This document shows positions 14,630 through 28,089 of a DNA stretch of 64,000 nt, one piece after another (the stretch's first letter is position 1; the number at the start of each line of letters is the position of its first letter). The translations under genes were made by a program, and so were the position numbers. Source of the DNA: Octopus vulgaris. Taxonomy: Eukaryota. Under the pieces are notes generated by a model. The model saw nothing but the letters and a program-made list of their open reading frames with translations. It searched no databases and was not told the DNA's origin. The DNA is taken from positions 124,062,001 to 124,126,000 of the forward strand of contig OX597820.1 in NCBI GenBank assembly GCA_951406725.2, in the 5' to 3' direction.

Positions 14630-15016
14630 GTGGAGTTGCAATGGCCCAGTGGTTAGGACAGCAGACTCGTGGTCGTAGGATCGCGTTTTCGATTCCCAGA
14701 ACGGTCGTTGTGAGTGTTTATTGAGCGAAAACACCTAAAAACTCCACGAGGCTCCGACAAGAGGTGGTGGCGAAAGCTGCTGTACTCTTTCGCCACAACT
14801 TTCTCTTACTCTTCCTGTTTCTGTTGTACTTGTACTTTAAAGGGCCAGCCTTGTCACACTCCTTGTCACTCTGAATCTCTCCGAGAACTACGTTACGTGT
14901 ACACTTCTCTGTGGAGTGCTCAGCCACTTGGACGTTAATTTCACCAGCAGGCTGTTCCGTTGACCGGATAAACTGGAACCCTCGTCGTCGTAACCGACGG
15001 AGTGCCACGACGACGA
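14630..15016 (+). mobile_element. tRNA-derived SINE, family C (OR1/OR2-like)
   Basis: A box tggcccagtggttagg, B-box-like ttcgattccc, tail gtcgtcgtaaccgacggagtgcc(acg)n. Confidence 0.75.
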
Positions 15017-15108
15017 TCTGTCTTAACACATATGTCTCTGTATGAATGTACGCATTTCAAAGATTATCAAACTTCCTCAGAAATATATGTTCGCACACGT
15101 ATAAACTG

Positions 15109-15140
<32 letters not shown>

Positions 15141-16445
15141 GTGCGCGCGAATATTTTTTCCTTTGTTCTATTTTGTTTCAAGTAGGAAAATGGATTATAC
15201 ATATTTCGGGGAAAATACACTAAAATTACACGCGAGCAGAAATTCACATTTGTCAATTAATAATTTCACTTTTATGTTGCCTTGATCATTTGCAATCATC
15301 ATTTATTATTTTAAAGATGTCTCCACGATTCAATTACATACCATCTCTATGTATTTCAGTCTGTTGACATGACTGTAGATACCAATGTCTCCTTTGCTAT
15401 TTTGTTTAAGACATCTCTTTCTGAAGATAAATCCGGAGGCAGATATAATTTTCCTTTGAGGCGTGTGTTGATATGATACCAATATCGATACTACAAGAAA
15501 CGTTGACTGCGTTTATCTATTGCCTCAAGATTACAGCTCTTATATTACAAATTGTCAATGCGCCTATTTTAAATAAATCAAGAATATCCTTGTATAGACG
15601 CGCCAATAAAATTGCCGAGCTCCAGATTTATTTGATTCAAAGTTATTTGTTAAAGAACTTACAGTTTTGCTTTTCTCTCCAAACTTGGTATTCTTAAATT
15701 ATCAAGGCACTTACTCAAAGTTTACTGGCGTTTGCACAAGGCACTACTTTTATAGTTACATAAAAGATTACCGAAGTGTGGTTATTGATATTACTCTTGG
15801 CCTCATATGGTACCATGAGTTTGTCTTGGTTTTCAGAAAGCTTCCACGTCAATTTTAAATATATCGTATTGTGTGTTACAAATAAGAATCTAAGTTCGTT
15901 AGGAAATCTCCGTTCACATTCTCAGATTAATTACGACTCGTCTCGATAAATTCAAATAGCTTTCATTCCACTTTTATTTTCCGGTGTAGTCACAGACATA
16001 TTTACAACTATAAAAGTATTTGAAAATTAAACTACTTTTAACCAATGGAATATTAAACTTAATAAAATAAAAAGCAAACATTAAATGCACAATAAGTTTT
16101 CCTTCATATTTTAGTATTATTTCCAACTGAAAAATTTAAAGAACATAGATTTAACTTTGTAGATATATGTGCATTAACACATATTTTATTCAATAATGGT
16201 TTCATATTCAAGAGTAAGTAAAAATATATTTATGAATCGCAAATAAGCTTATGATGTATGAAAGTAAACTACATTTAAAATAAATACATATAATCATCTT
16301 CGTTCAATAAAACGAAATACTTCTTTGCGTCATTATTATTATCATTATGTACACGCACACATACATATACATCAAATACATATTCATATATGCTTGTATG
16401 TAGGCACATGTATGTGCTAATACATACATATATATATATAAATAA

Positions 16446-16476
<31 letters not shown>

Positions 16477-16554
16477 AATATTATATATATATATGTATAT
16501 ATATATAATATATATATTTCTATGTATATATTAAATATTATATATATATATATG

Positions 16555-16642
<88 letters not shown>

Positions 16643-16885
16643 TATGCTCATGATTGGTATAATTCAAATCATAAAAAGAAACTTATTTAATAAGAAGATT
16701 TAACAAGAATTTAGAATCTGCAGAAATAAAATGAAATGTACACGTGCTCTTTTTCTCCTATGTGTCTACTGAAATGTAAACTGACCATGCCTGAGTGTAA
16801 TATAATCTTTATATGTATGTTGGTATGCTTTTATATTTGTAAGTATGCATATATCTATTTGTCTATCCGTCTATCCAACCAACCA

Positions 16886-16886
16886 A

Positions 16887-16962
<76 letters not shown>

Positions 16963-17000
16963 TTATCTATCTATCATTCTATCTATCTATCTTTCTATCT
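16886..17000. repeat. (TATC)n microsatellite
   Basis: Direct inspection; a similar tract lies at ~32249-32352. Confidence 0.95.
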
Positions 17001-17958
17001 ATCCCTCTGTCTATTATTCTGTCTGTCTATCAACAATTTCACATGTTAGCGTCTCAAAGAGTTTATTATGTGATTGCGTCCGAATCTTCATTGATTTTCA
17101 CCTAGAGATACGCTCTTTACGATTATGGGGTGGATTAAATTTTTGAAGCTTGTACAATGGACGTCGCCCTGGTATATTTGTGTTTTGAAAAGTAATTAAA
17201 TAATGTAGATTTTGTATTAGAAAAGCGTGTCTAAATATGATTTGTTTGTAGAACACTTTTACCCATCCTTACAAACACTGAGAGCCACTTACACTTCTCT
17301 AGTATCGCGAACAGCACCACTCAGTATGTCATTTGAGTAGGCTAGCAAAAGTATTTATAATGGGCATATATATATATATATATCAACTGTATCCTTCATA
17401 CTTTATACTTTATCATATAATTTTTGCACTATGCAAAATAATTCTTTTTATCCAAATAGCGTATTTACATATCGATAACTACATACATACATACTTATGT
17501 TTTAAGAAAATACCCATGCTTATCTATTGAGGAATCTACAGCTACTCTATCCAGATTAGAAGTACCAGTTTATACATGTAATTATTGGGGTTCTTGAGAA
17601 ACTAGGCTTCTGAAAACCAGAAAAGAAGAAGGTGATTCGAAGACTACAGATTCAAGCCATCACTTGAATTCTATAAATCTGTAAAATTTCCAGTCGCTTG
17701 TCATTTACGTATATATGATGACGTCTAGATACGCAACTATATGCATGGGAATACATGCATACAACAAAACATGCAAACCTGCACATGTGTATAATACATA
17801 CATACAAAAATATCTTTTTGATGTTGTAGAAATCTCAGTTAAGTAGGTTAGAAACCGGCTTTATCTCTATTGGAAAGAAATCTTGAAAGAAAACTGAATA
17901 ACGATAGACATACAATTAAAATTTCTCGCTTATTCCATTTTCCATCTCTATTGTTTAT

Positions 17959-18046
<88 letters not shown>

Positions 18047-18639
18047 AAGAGAAATTATAGAAGGGACACATCTAGGCAATCAATACAACTTCCAAAGCAT
18101 TTAAACCACACAACGAAATAAATATACATATAAATTTTTATGAATAAATGAATACAATTACATATAAAAGTTATATATGAAAACTATGTATCACGTTTGG
18201 TTAACATACCGAATGTAGGAGTGACAAATACACCATAACATCCAATAGACTATGTAATTTTAGGGTCTCTGGCACCTGTTCATTTGCAGTCTCATGTTGC
18301 CGCTACAACCTTGTCTATAAATGTATGGGTTCTGTATCTAATAGCTAGACGAATTTATATATTGGGAGCATGACCGAATACAAAAGGAGTTATAGAGCTC
18401 TCATGAATTTTTTCACAAACACTAGATGCAATCATTCACCTCTTTAGCGGCCTCTGTGAATAACCTTAGAGACAGAAGTTTAACGTATGAACTATCATGG
18501 TTCATAATTGCCGGCGCTACTCCATTTGGTAATAGACCGGATATATGTAAATTATGATTTAGGGAATCGTATCTAATTCTGAAAATATTTAATGCTAATA
18601 TGCTGTATAAATTTTCAGATGCGATTCCCTCATGCACCC

Positions 18640-18985
18640 ATAAGTTCTATTCAACAATTCTAAGGACATATATAATTTGACCAGCTAACTAAGTTTATTA
18701 AAACGTATTGATATTTGAATCTCTTTGCCGTGAATCTTAGATCCTTCAATTCTAGCCAGTACGTTATCACTTACGCATGAGCTTTTTAAATTTACTACTA
18801 CTAATAAAAAATATACCGTTAAGTTGTATTCAACAACTCGAAGGATATATATAGAATTCGAACCGGTAACTAAATCTATTAAAACTTATCTTATTAATGT
18901 TTGATTATCTTGACTATAAAATTTAGATACTTCCGTTCTAGGCAGTATATTATCATTTGCATATGAGCTCTAAAAATTCATTTAT
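18640..18985. repeat. Old tandem duplication, ~180-bp period
   Basis: taagttctattcaacaattc...tattaaaac...ttctagccagtacgttatca...atgagct versus taagttgtattcaacaactc...tattaaaac...ttctaggcagtatattatca...atgagct. Confidence 0.7.
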
Positions 18986-19139
18986 GAAAATTATTATATG
19001 ATCCCTTCCTTCTTTAATCTATCAAATTATTATCGTATAGGATTTCATCACGAAGGAAGCCATACTGAGGAGGGGGGCATTATGTTTTGGTAAATGGAAC
19101 ATTTGCCATCTCTTTCCTGGAACGTGGTTTCTGACTTAA

Positions 19140-19424
19140 GAATAATATATTGTCTATTGACTAACTTTTCTATAAGCTAGGCCACTGGTAGTAAACATTC
19201 TAAAACCTTTATTACACTGATATTATTAATTATCTATAATGATTTCTTGAAGATTCGTTCGAAGAAATTGCCGGCATCTTTATGCTGCCGATAAAAAAAA
19301 TGTGTTTAAATGTACACTGTATTTTATATGAATAATATATTGTGTATTGACTAATTTTTCTATACTCTAGTCCATTGGTAGTAAAAAATTCTAAAATCTT
19401 TATTACCATGATATTATTAATTAT
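19140..19424. repeat. Direct repeat of ~92 bp, ~190-bp period
   Basis: gaataatatattgtctattgactaa...gatattattaattat starts at ~19140 and again at ~19330. Confidence 0.85.
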
Positions 19425-19444
19425 GTGCTTGTGTATGTATATAT

Positions 19445-20130
19445 ACGGGCTCGGTGAATAAACTGTCTTCTAAATTACACAAAAATTAAAATAACACTGA
19501 CATGTTATTTTAACTGATGTGCCCCAGCATGGCCACAGCTCATGAGCTGAAACTAGAATCAATCAATCAATCAATCAATCATTTACCAAAATTACATAAA
19601 AATATTTTGAAATCCTAAAGAGTAAATGTATTCAATAAAATTGCCATTGGCTTCAACCACGGCCTCCAGACGACTTAGGAATCTCCTGCTACACTTCTGG
19701 ACGTTCTCTATATTTAGGTCCGTGAATGCTGCTATAATTCTTGCCTTCAGTTCATCTTTGGTGTTACAAGGAGTCTCTTGCTCAACTGTGTACCACATAT
19801 AATAAGCCAGGGGGTGTTGTCTGGTGATTTAGGTGACCAGATGTCAGGACTGATGTGGGCGCAGAAATTGTCAGACAGCCATGACTCTATTCTCTTGCTT
19901 GTGAGGCGTGGTGCAGAGTCCTGTTGCCAGATATAGTTTTTCCAGCAGCCACTTTCTTGATCCAGGGAGGCACTACCTGCTTCAGGCACTTGATGTAGGT
20001 CTCCGTACTGAGTCTGGGGCTGTGTGGGAAGGTGAATGGAGGTATAACTTCACCATTCGCTAGTGAGCTCTACAAACACTATGATGTTGACTGGATGTTT
20101 GATTTTTATCAATCTCGGCTCATGTCCTAA
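19445..20130 (-). mobile_element. Decayed Tc1/mariner (maT/DD37D-like) transposase, C-terminal half
   Basis: ORF pieces YIWQQDSAPRLTSKRIESWLSDNF...IWSPKSPD and NTKDELKARIIAAF...RFLSRLEAVVEANGNFIE; a SINE tail is inserted at ~19515-19580. Confidence 0.85.
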
Positions 20131-20957
20131 GATTGTTCTATCCTTATATTGACACCCAGACATTCTGAAATGTTCGTACTAGAGCTTCAGGTGCGAATGG
20201 CGGGCAGTACAGCATGTCGCATCCACATTTCTGGCAGAATGAATTGACACATGTTGATGTTTTCTGAAAGATGGTGCCCAACTGAACCTACTATACTGTA
20301 GTCGATAACATCCAACACAAACGATGGACATGCAGGAAATTTGAAATGTCAACAATTTTCGTAGGCAAGTAAGATCCAAGTGTAGTAATTTAGTAAGCTT
20401 CAAACAATTCCACAGCTAGTACAGATGGCAAAATGTTGATAATATACAAAGAAAATATATTTAGTAACATCGTAAGTTACTTTCTCCCGTCTCGAAATTA
20501 AAAGGAATTTCGAGAAGCTGATGATCACCATTCATCTTGCAGCTTTGCTACTAAAGTTGATAAAAATGTAAATAAAAATCGGAAAGGTAAGCAGTGGAAC
20601 GTGAAGCACAGAACCACAATAGTTTTATAGCAAGCTGAAGTCTGTTACATAAGTTGCAACAGACAAAGTGCCAGCTTAGTTAATCTTCAGGTCTTTGTTA
20701 CCTGAATGCCGTTTGCTTTTCCTCTCGCAACTAATGAGACATCAAACTAGCCAAGGCAGAAATGGCAAAACAAGGAAAAAAAAAAGAAAATAAAATTTTG
20801 GAATCTAAATCAAATGACAGATGAAAATATTAGTTAGTGGGTAGTTCATCTAAATTGGAAATGAGGTGACCAGCAATGTGCAACAGTATCTGTCACCTGG
20901 TCGATACTTTCATACGGTGATACAAATGATACATACATACACGCACACACACACAAA

Positions 20958-21833
20958 ATGCAACTGAACGAGGGAAAATTTGAGTTGATGCATTTTGGAA
21001 GAAATTCCTCACTAAAACAGCCATACTCTCTTCCTTCAGGGGAACCGCTCACAGCTTCTAACAATATCAGAGACCTGGGTGTAATTGTTGATGACGATCT
21101 CAGTTGGAGTGCACACATAAACAAGAAGGTCGATATTGCTCGTAGGATGAGTTCCTGGATCTTAAGAACTTTCCGGTCCAGAGAGAACAAGGTGTCATCA
21201 TGCCACTGTTCTCCTCTTTTGTACGGCCACACCTTGAATATTGCTGCCCACTGTGGTATCCCCATACAATACAAAGCATATCCAGGATTGAGTCACCCCA
21301 GAGGGCACTCACTAAACGAAGTGAAGGCATGGCTGCTCTCGATTATTGGGATCGCCTTAAAGCCTTGAAACTTTACTCTCTCCAGCGTCGCCGTAAGTTG
21401 TACGTCATTTGTACGATGTGGAGAATATACCGCCAACTTTGCCGAAACGACCTGACGATTAGCTTCAAGGTTCATCTAAGACTGGGACGACGGAACATAT
21501 GTACTCTGCCCAATTCAAGATCACAGCATACATGTACACTGCAACATAATTTCTTTTCCTCAACAGGCCCTGCTCTATTTAACATTGTCCCGAATGAGTT
21601 CAAAGAGGAAAAGGATTCCATCAACTTTAATCGGAGTCTGGATAGATTCCTTCAAAGAATACCAGATAAGCCACCCATAATTGGATACAACTCACCCAAC
21701 AAAAACACACTACTTGAATGGACCATAAACAAAACTTAACTTAAACAGGATTCGAATAATCCTATCAGGTGGTGCTATTAAGTTAGACATGGCCTGGACC
21801 AATCTTTGGTCGAAACATATCTAAGTTTATCTA

Positions 21834-21840
<7 letters not shown>
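20958..21840 (+). mobile_element. 5'-truncated CR1/L2-group LINE (RT C-terminus plus 3' UTR)
   Basis: QLNEGKFELMHFG...IRDLGVIVDDDLSWSAHI, frameshift near 21195, FVRPHLEYCCPLWYP...YWDRLKALKLYSLQRRR; stop at 21739; tail (atctaagttt)x2. Confidence 0.9.
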
Positions 21841-21886
<46 letters not shown>

Positions 21887-22030
21887 ATATAACAATAGAT
21901 GGATAATGTGTCAATCCAGTAGTTATTTCCAACGTTATTCCATGACGTGGATACATGAATCAAAAACATTCAAAACTTTTGAAAGTCAACAAATTCATGG
22001 TGTTGGCTTTCGAAATATTCAGTTTATGTG

Positions 22031-22185
<155 letters not shown>

Positions 22186-22304
22186 ATATATATGTGTGTG
22201 TGTGTGTGTGGAATAATTACTACGACGCTTTGTGTAGCATATTTTGTACAAAGGATCATGGGTAAGGCCAATCACAAGGCAAACCACAAGAAAACAAATT
22301 TATG

Positions 22305-22538
22305 AATTAACGTAGACTCGACTTGCATTCAGTATTTCGGGGTCATGACCCCATTTTCAGGAAATTAACGAATATTACCGATGTCACAGGAAGCTTGCTG
22401 GTTGCTATAGCAACAAAGTGCCGCACATGTTCATTCCAAACACGCTCACACACACGCACATCGGCAATATTCGTTAATTTCTTGAAAATGAGGTCATAAC
22501 CCCCGAAATATTGAATGCAAGGTAAGTCTACATTAATT
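22305..22538. mobile_element. MITE-like element with ~80-bp terminal inverted repeats
   Basis: aattaacgtagact...ttgcattcagtatttcgggg...gaaattaacgaatattaccgatgt versus acatcggcaatattcgttaatttc...ccccgaaatattgaatgcaa...agtctacattaatt. Confidence 0.8.
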
Positions 22539-22678
22539 AATGTATTTGTTTCCTTCTCTTCGCATTGTTCCGGCCTTCGCCACGACCCTTTATGCAAAAT
22601 ACATACTTACATACATATACACACACACACACAGATATAAATAAATAAATATATATAAATATATACATAAATAAATAA

Positions 22679-22715
<37 letters not shown>

Positions 22716-23008
22716 AGGTATATTAATAAGTAAATGTCAATAGAAATATGTAATGTTTGCACAGTAAGAACTAATTCCTGTATCCTAATACTGTTTTCTT
22801 CAAAGAAGGATAGAAATGGCAGAGGATAGTAGAGAAAGGAAATGTAACTATGTGAAACATTTATATAATAAATCATGCAGTTCAATGGCATTTTGTACAT
22901 TTTTAAAGCGAAGGGGTTCGCAAACAATAACCATTGACCGTTATCCGATTCGCAGCTGTAGGTACAGCCTGTTTCCAGACTTACACTGTTTGACCCAATA
23001 TAGATTAC

Positions 23009-23124
<116 letters not shown>

Positions 23125-23143
23125 TTATATATATATGTCTGTG

Positions 23144-23227
<84 letters not shown>

Positions 23228-24524
23228 CATACTATCACACACGCTCTCACGGACACGCCGCACGCATAGACACGCACGCACATTTATATATATGATTTGT
23301 TAATATAAAAACCATCGAACGATGAATGTGATAAATTAGCAGTTTAGTTTCTTTGGAGCATCTGTGCATATATCAGATGTGCGTAGCTTATTTTCTTTCG
23401 TTTGAAATTCTTGATCTGACACATTCAATAGCGCAATGCATTTTGAATAAACCCCTTTTCCTTTGCTCCAAATACATTTACATGTTATCCGCTCGGATAC
23501 CCACGTATAAGAAATCACTATTTCGTGTACTCACACCTAATCACAGACAAACACTACCTCATAGGTACATACGTAGACTCAGACACACACACACATACAC
23601 ACAGACACACACATACACACACACATACATTTAGTTTTAGATGTTGCGTCTGAAATCTTCATCGATCTAAGTATTAGTTCATTATTGCTGCACATAACAT
23701 TCATCATTAATTGTTAATACAACGAGCCAGTGACCCCGAACTCACAACTTCGAGGCCATGAATATCTCGTAAATATTACCGGTTACACATCAAACATCAT
23801 TATTAATTGTTTTTTTTTCTATATCGGAAGAAAGACATTCCCACACGCGAATTACAGAAGAAAATGAAGTGTAAACGCTTGAAAAGCAATTTGAAACCGG
23901 TCCACACGTTCTAAGTCTCAGATGCTCAGTATTGCTCTGCTTTAACCAAACACGACGACATCAATAACCAATGCAACATAGCTCTGTTCTGTTTTTCTTT
24001 TGTTTTTGTTTTTTTACTATACCAGATGATTTGCAGTTGAGGTCGCGTAACGTTCCTGCAATAGATAATATAGTGAAACGTTTTCCAGTAAACATATATG
24101 GCAAATAGAAGAGTAAATATAAATGTCAATGTATAAACGGAAATGTAAATAAGAGAAACAGTGGAAATGTTTTCTTTTTGCACAAGTCTCGAAACTTTTA
24201 CTGCTTTTCAGCAGACAGGTGATAATTGTAGATTAAAGATTTAGATTAGCAGGTAAGAGAAACATTTATGACAAAATACTGGGTTATTCAAAGGCGATTG
24301 ATTGAAGTAGAATCTACAGTTTAACACTCAATTGTTCTGGAAAGATAATGAATTGTAAATACAGACTAATTTCACACCAATTAAATCCTCCTGATAAAGG
24401 AAGGTCTATGTCAAAATTGTTAAAATCAGAACTTTTTGGCTGTAGGTATATGTATTCATTTATTTATACGTGTGTGCGTGAGTAAATATTTTAAATGTAT
24501 TTATATACATTCATACACACATAC

Positions 24525-24850
24525 ATGGTGGTTGCCCCCTCGTTATCGAGTATGGCCATTGCACGAAGCTTAAGCAATGTTGTTATCGTGCAATGCCTGT
24601 GCCAGAAGATTTTTTTTAAAGTGAGGAAAGGCTGTGCACTGAGCCAATCCCACTCACTAAGCAACAACAGCCACAATCCGAAAAGAAGAACAAGTCAACA
24701 TCATCGGTAACCACTGAGCCGCAGATTTTATGTCGGAGATATACCAATTACCTGAGTTACCTTCTCCTAGAAGGATGCCCTAACAAAGGCTGGGAGTCCT
24801 TCACTCCCAATGGTTTAACCGCGCGATCGGGTATTCAGTCCGATTATTTC
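24525..24850 (-). mobile_element. Probable RTE-derived non-autonomous fragment
   Basis: ccttctcctagaaggatgccctaacaaaggct resembles the reverse complement of an RTE 5' UTR motif (from memory); GC-richer than its flanks. Confidence 0.35.
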
Positions 24851-24942
24851 TATGTCCATGCGCATGATACAGCCTTAAGACATTTATTTGATGGCCATTG
24901 ACTCTCAAGAGTTCCTCCGCCCTTTGACGGATTTTGTTTTTC

Positions 24943-25654
24943 ATCCCGCAGTGTGACCAATTGGACATACGTACATACATGTGTGTGTGTGTGTGTGTGA
25001 CGGACTCGCTCGTCGAGGACGACGAATGAGGGCACAGCTGCACAAATAATTTGCGTATAGTGAGTACACATTCGTGCCTTTCACTCTCTCCATCAAATCG
25101 ACGTTGTCCGAACACATCGCACAATCAAAGGGATTCCAACTCTATCTGTGTTTATGTTTTATTTATATTCTTATAATATTAATGCAGGATATAGAATATA
25201 TAGTATATATAGTATATATAGTATATATAGTAAAATTAAATGAAGTATTGATTGTCTTATTGAATAGATGAAATATTGAATACCAAATATTAAGAGACTA
25301 GTATACTTTCTTGCATTTAAGCAGCCTTCAGGGTCCCAGGTTGTGACAGAAATATATACATGTAATTAGGGCGCAAGGCCTACCGTCAGGTTGCTTGACT
25401 CACGATCGTGAGATTTCCTGAGCAGAAACACTTCATCGCACATTGCTCAGTGTTCGCTTTGACACCTGATGCGTGGCACACGGTGCAATGTGTTCGGACA
25501 ACGTCGATTTGATGGAGAGAGTGAAAGGCACGAATGTGTACTCACTATACGCAAATTATTTGTGCAGCTGTGCGCTCATTCGTCGATCTCGACGAGCGAG
25601 TCCGTCACACACACACATGTATGTACGTATGTCCAATTGGCATCCTTGCGGGAT
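24943..25654. repeat. Inverted repeat, ~175-bp arms (24943-25122 and 25483-25654), ~360-bp spacer
   Basis: Arms are highly similar; paired ORFs 24801- and 25469+ translate to almost the same peptide. Confidence 0.92.
25369..25610 (+). mobile_element. Degenerate tRNA-derived SINE
   Basis: tRNA-like head gggcgcaaggcctaccgtcagg...gactcacgatcgtgag followed by CORE-like gagcagaaacacttcatcgcacattgctc. Confidence 0.45.
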
Positions 25655-25658
25655 ATAA

Positions 25659-25722
<64 letters not shown>

Positions 25723-28089
25723 ATGTATAGTTTGTACGTACGTATCTGCACGTATGCGCATATATTTAAATGAGTATGAATATATTCATACCTACCGTAT
25801 GTTTCATACTTTAATCCAAAAGGAAGATAGACTCCGATGTTCCATGTGATAGGCATAATCATTCATAAGGTTGCTTTAACATGAAAACAATGGACTTAAT
25901 CCACAAATAATGAATCTTTTTCCAACAATGCGGTGTTAAGCACCAATTGTCATTTTTCTATATATAATACATATATACATACATACATATATATACACAT
26001 ACGTTATATTTCATATATTATACGTTATATATTAACGGTTTTTTATGTTCAATTTTGTAGACTACTAAATGCATTGAATAATCCTCCGATTTAATGCTTA
26101 CTTATTTTTTATCGTGCATAGAATAGAAGCCTTAATGAAGTAGCTCGATTCTGATGTGATTTCTGTCTTAATATTCCTTGAAAAACAGGAAAAGATGCAA
26201 GCACACCAGATACACTTTTGTATGAAAAACACACCAGTACTAACCAGGAAGTACTACCAAGAATCAATTCTCAAAAAAAAAAATATATATATAACGCTAA
26301 AAGTTCCGAGGGAAATTTTAAGATCATGGAAAAAAACAAAAGAAAAAAATTAAATATATATAGTACAGATTTAAGTCGAGCAAAATTCAACTAACTAATC
26401 TGTTAGTACATTCGCATGAAGATGATCAATTCGCATAGACACAAGGCATATAATTTAACAAAAGCAAGAACTTGCTGAAAGACCAAAAACAACAGCAACA
26501 CTACCACAAACTAGCACCACCACCAACATCACCACCACTACCAACAGCGAGTTATTTCGCAAGTGATTTACATATTATCAAATTTATACTAAAATATTAG
26601 AAGCAAGAATACGAGCAAGAATTTTGTATCAAATAATACATTTGTTAAACTTGAAAGGTACTGTTCAGGAAACCAGTTGACGTTCATTGCCATTTATCAT
26701 AAATTGACGATAAGTGATGATAAATGGCCTTTGAAATGAAACAAATGAAATCACTTGCTCCAGTATATCTCTATCAGTATGAAATGATTCCAACATATCA
26801 AAACTCAGATCTCAGGTTAACGGTTAAATCTAAGGCTTGTATAGTGTGATTTAAAGTTTACGTTAGAAAGTTTTTTTCTGTTTATAATGTTCTATATTTA
26901 CTTTGATATACTACTGATAAACTAAAGGAGGTCAACCTTCCTTTCTTTATGCTGGGTCATTTCCCTAACGCTGCTACTGTAAAAAGTACAATATCTTATC
27001 GAATCTCTTACAGTTTATACATAAAATCTCTCTACTTCTCTGCAATATTAAACAGAAACGCAGGTCTTCAATAATGAAACAGCCTACATTTCGCTTATAA
27101 TTTATGATTTATGATAAAGATTTGTATATATGAAATTTCATAACATTTTTTGGAAACAATTTCAGTGTTATAAAATTTGACTTATTAAGCATCACAAGTA
27201 GTGTAGGTATTTTGGGTAGTTTGCATTTCTGCAAATTGTTATGCATTTATTTCTAGAGGGGTCGATAAATAATACGCATTAGAGAGAAGGAGATCAGTCT
27301 AAAGAACTGAAATCACGCTGTGAATAGACCTTTTGTAATAAAGATGAAAGACATTCAAGGCATTGATACTACCTTAGGGTAGGTACTAGAACATGTCCCC
27401 CATGTATCTGAAAATCACTTAGGATGAATTAAAAGAACGGTAAGTACTAAGTGTATCATTCTGAAACGTCTGCTATGAAAGAGATATTGTACATGATGTA
27501 AAAAAATGTGGATTCAGTGAAAATACCCAGCAACTTATGTTGCAGGTTTTATTCAAGCTTTTGTAGATGTTGATTTACTATTATAACAAAACCAGCATTA
27601 TATTCGGGCCAATATAATAGGTTATGGTGTATTTTAGTGTCGAATAGCTATGAAGCGCATCCAGATAAAACTAGGAATTGTATTAAGTAATTTTATGAAC
27701 AAGGTAATGCTCAATTTACTAACTTTAGTTTCTATCACTGATAGTAAAATTGAATGTGTTTCTCTGACATTAGGCGCAAAATATCTTTACGTTTATTTTT
27801 TAATATTAATTCTCCGTTTTCCGACAAGGCACCGCTGAGATGATAAATCACCAATTTGAATACATTACTCAATAATTCATTGAAATCTCTTTCAAAATAA
27901 ATACCGAGGTTGAATATATCGGACCAAGTACATAGGTTAGCGCACTCGTTGTTTCCTAGCTTGTATATATTGAAACCCTAATTTCCGTGATTTAGAACGA
28001 TACCACATAAATGCAAATGCTTATCCCCCCCACACACACGGTAATATCGTATATATGTAATTTTCTTGTCATCCTTATACAAACCAGAT

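Noticed and set aside
14640-14700. tRNA-like sequence (also at 40505 and 54385)
   Set aside because: SINE heads without a full cloverleaf, continuing into SINE bodies
21785-21825. Stem followed by GAAAC in the LINE tail as a hammerhead
   Set aside because: No CUGANGA box; better explained as a LINE 3' recognition stem-loop
24211-24253. Candidate micro-exon between ttttcag and gtaaga
   Set aside because: Stop codons in all three frames
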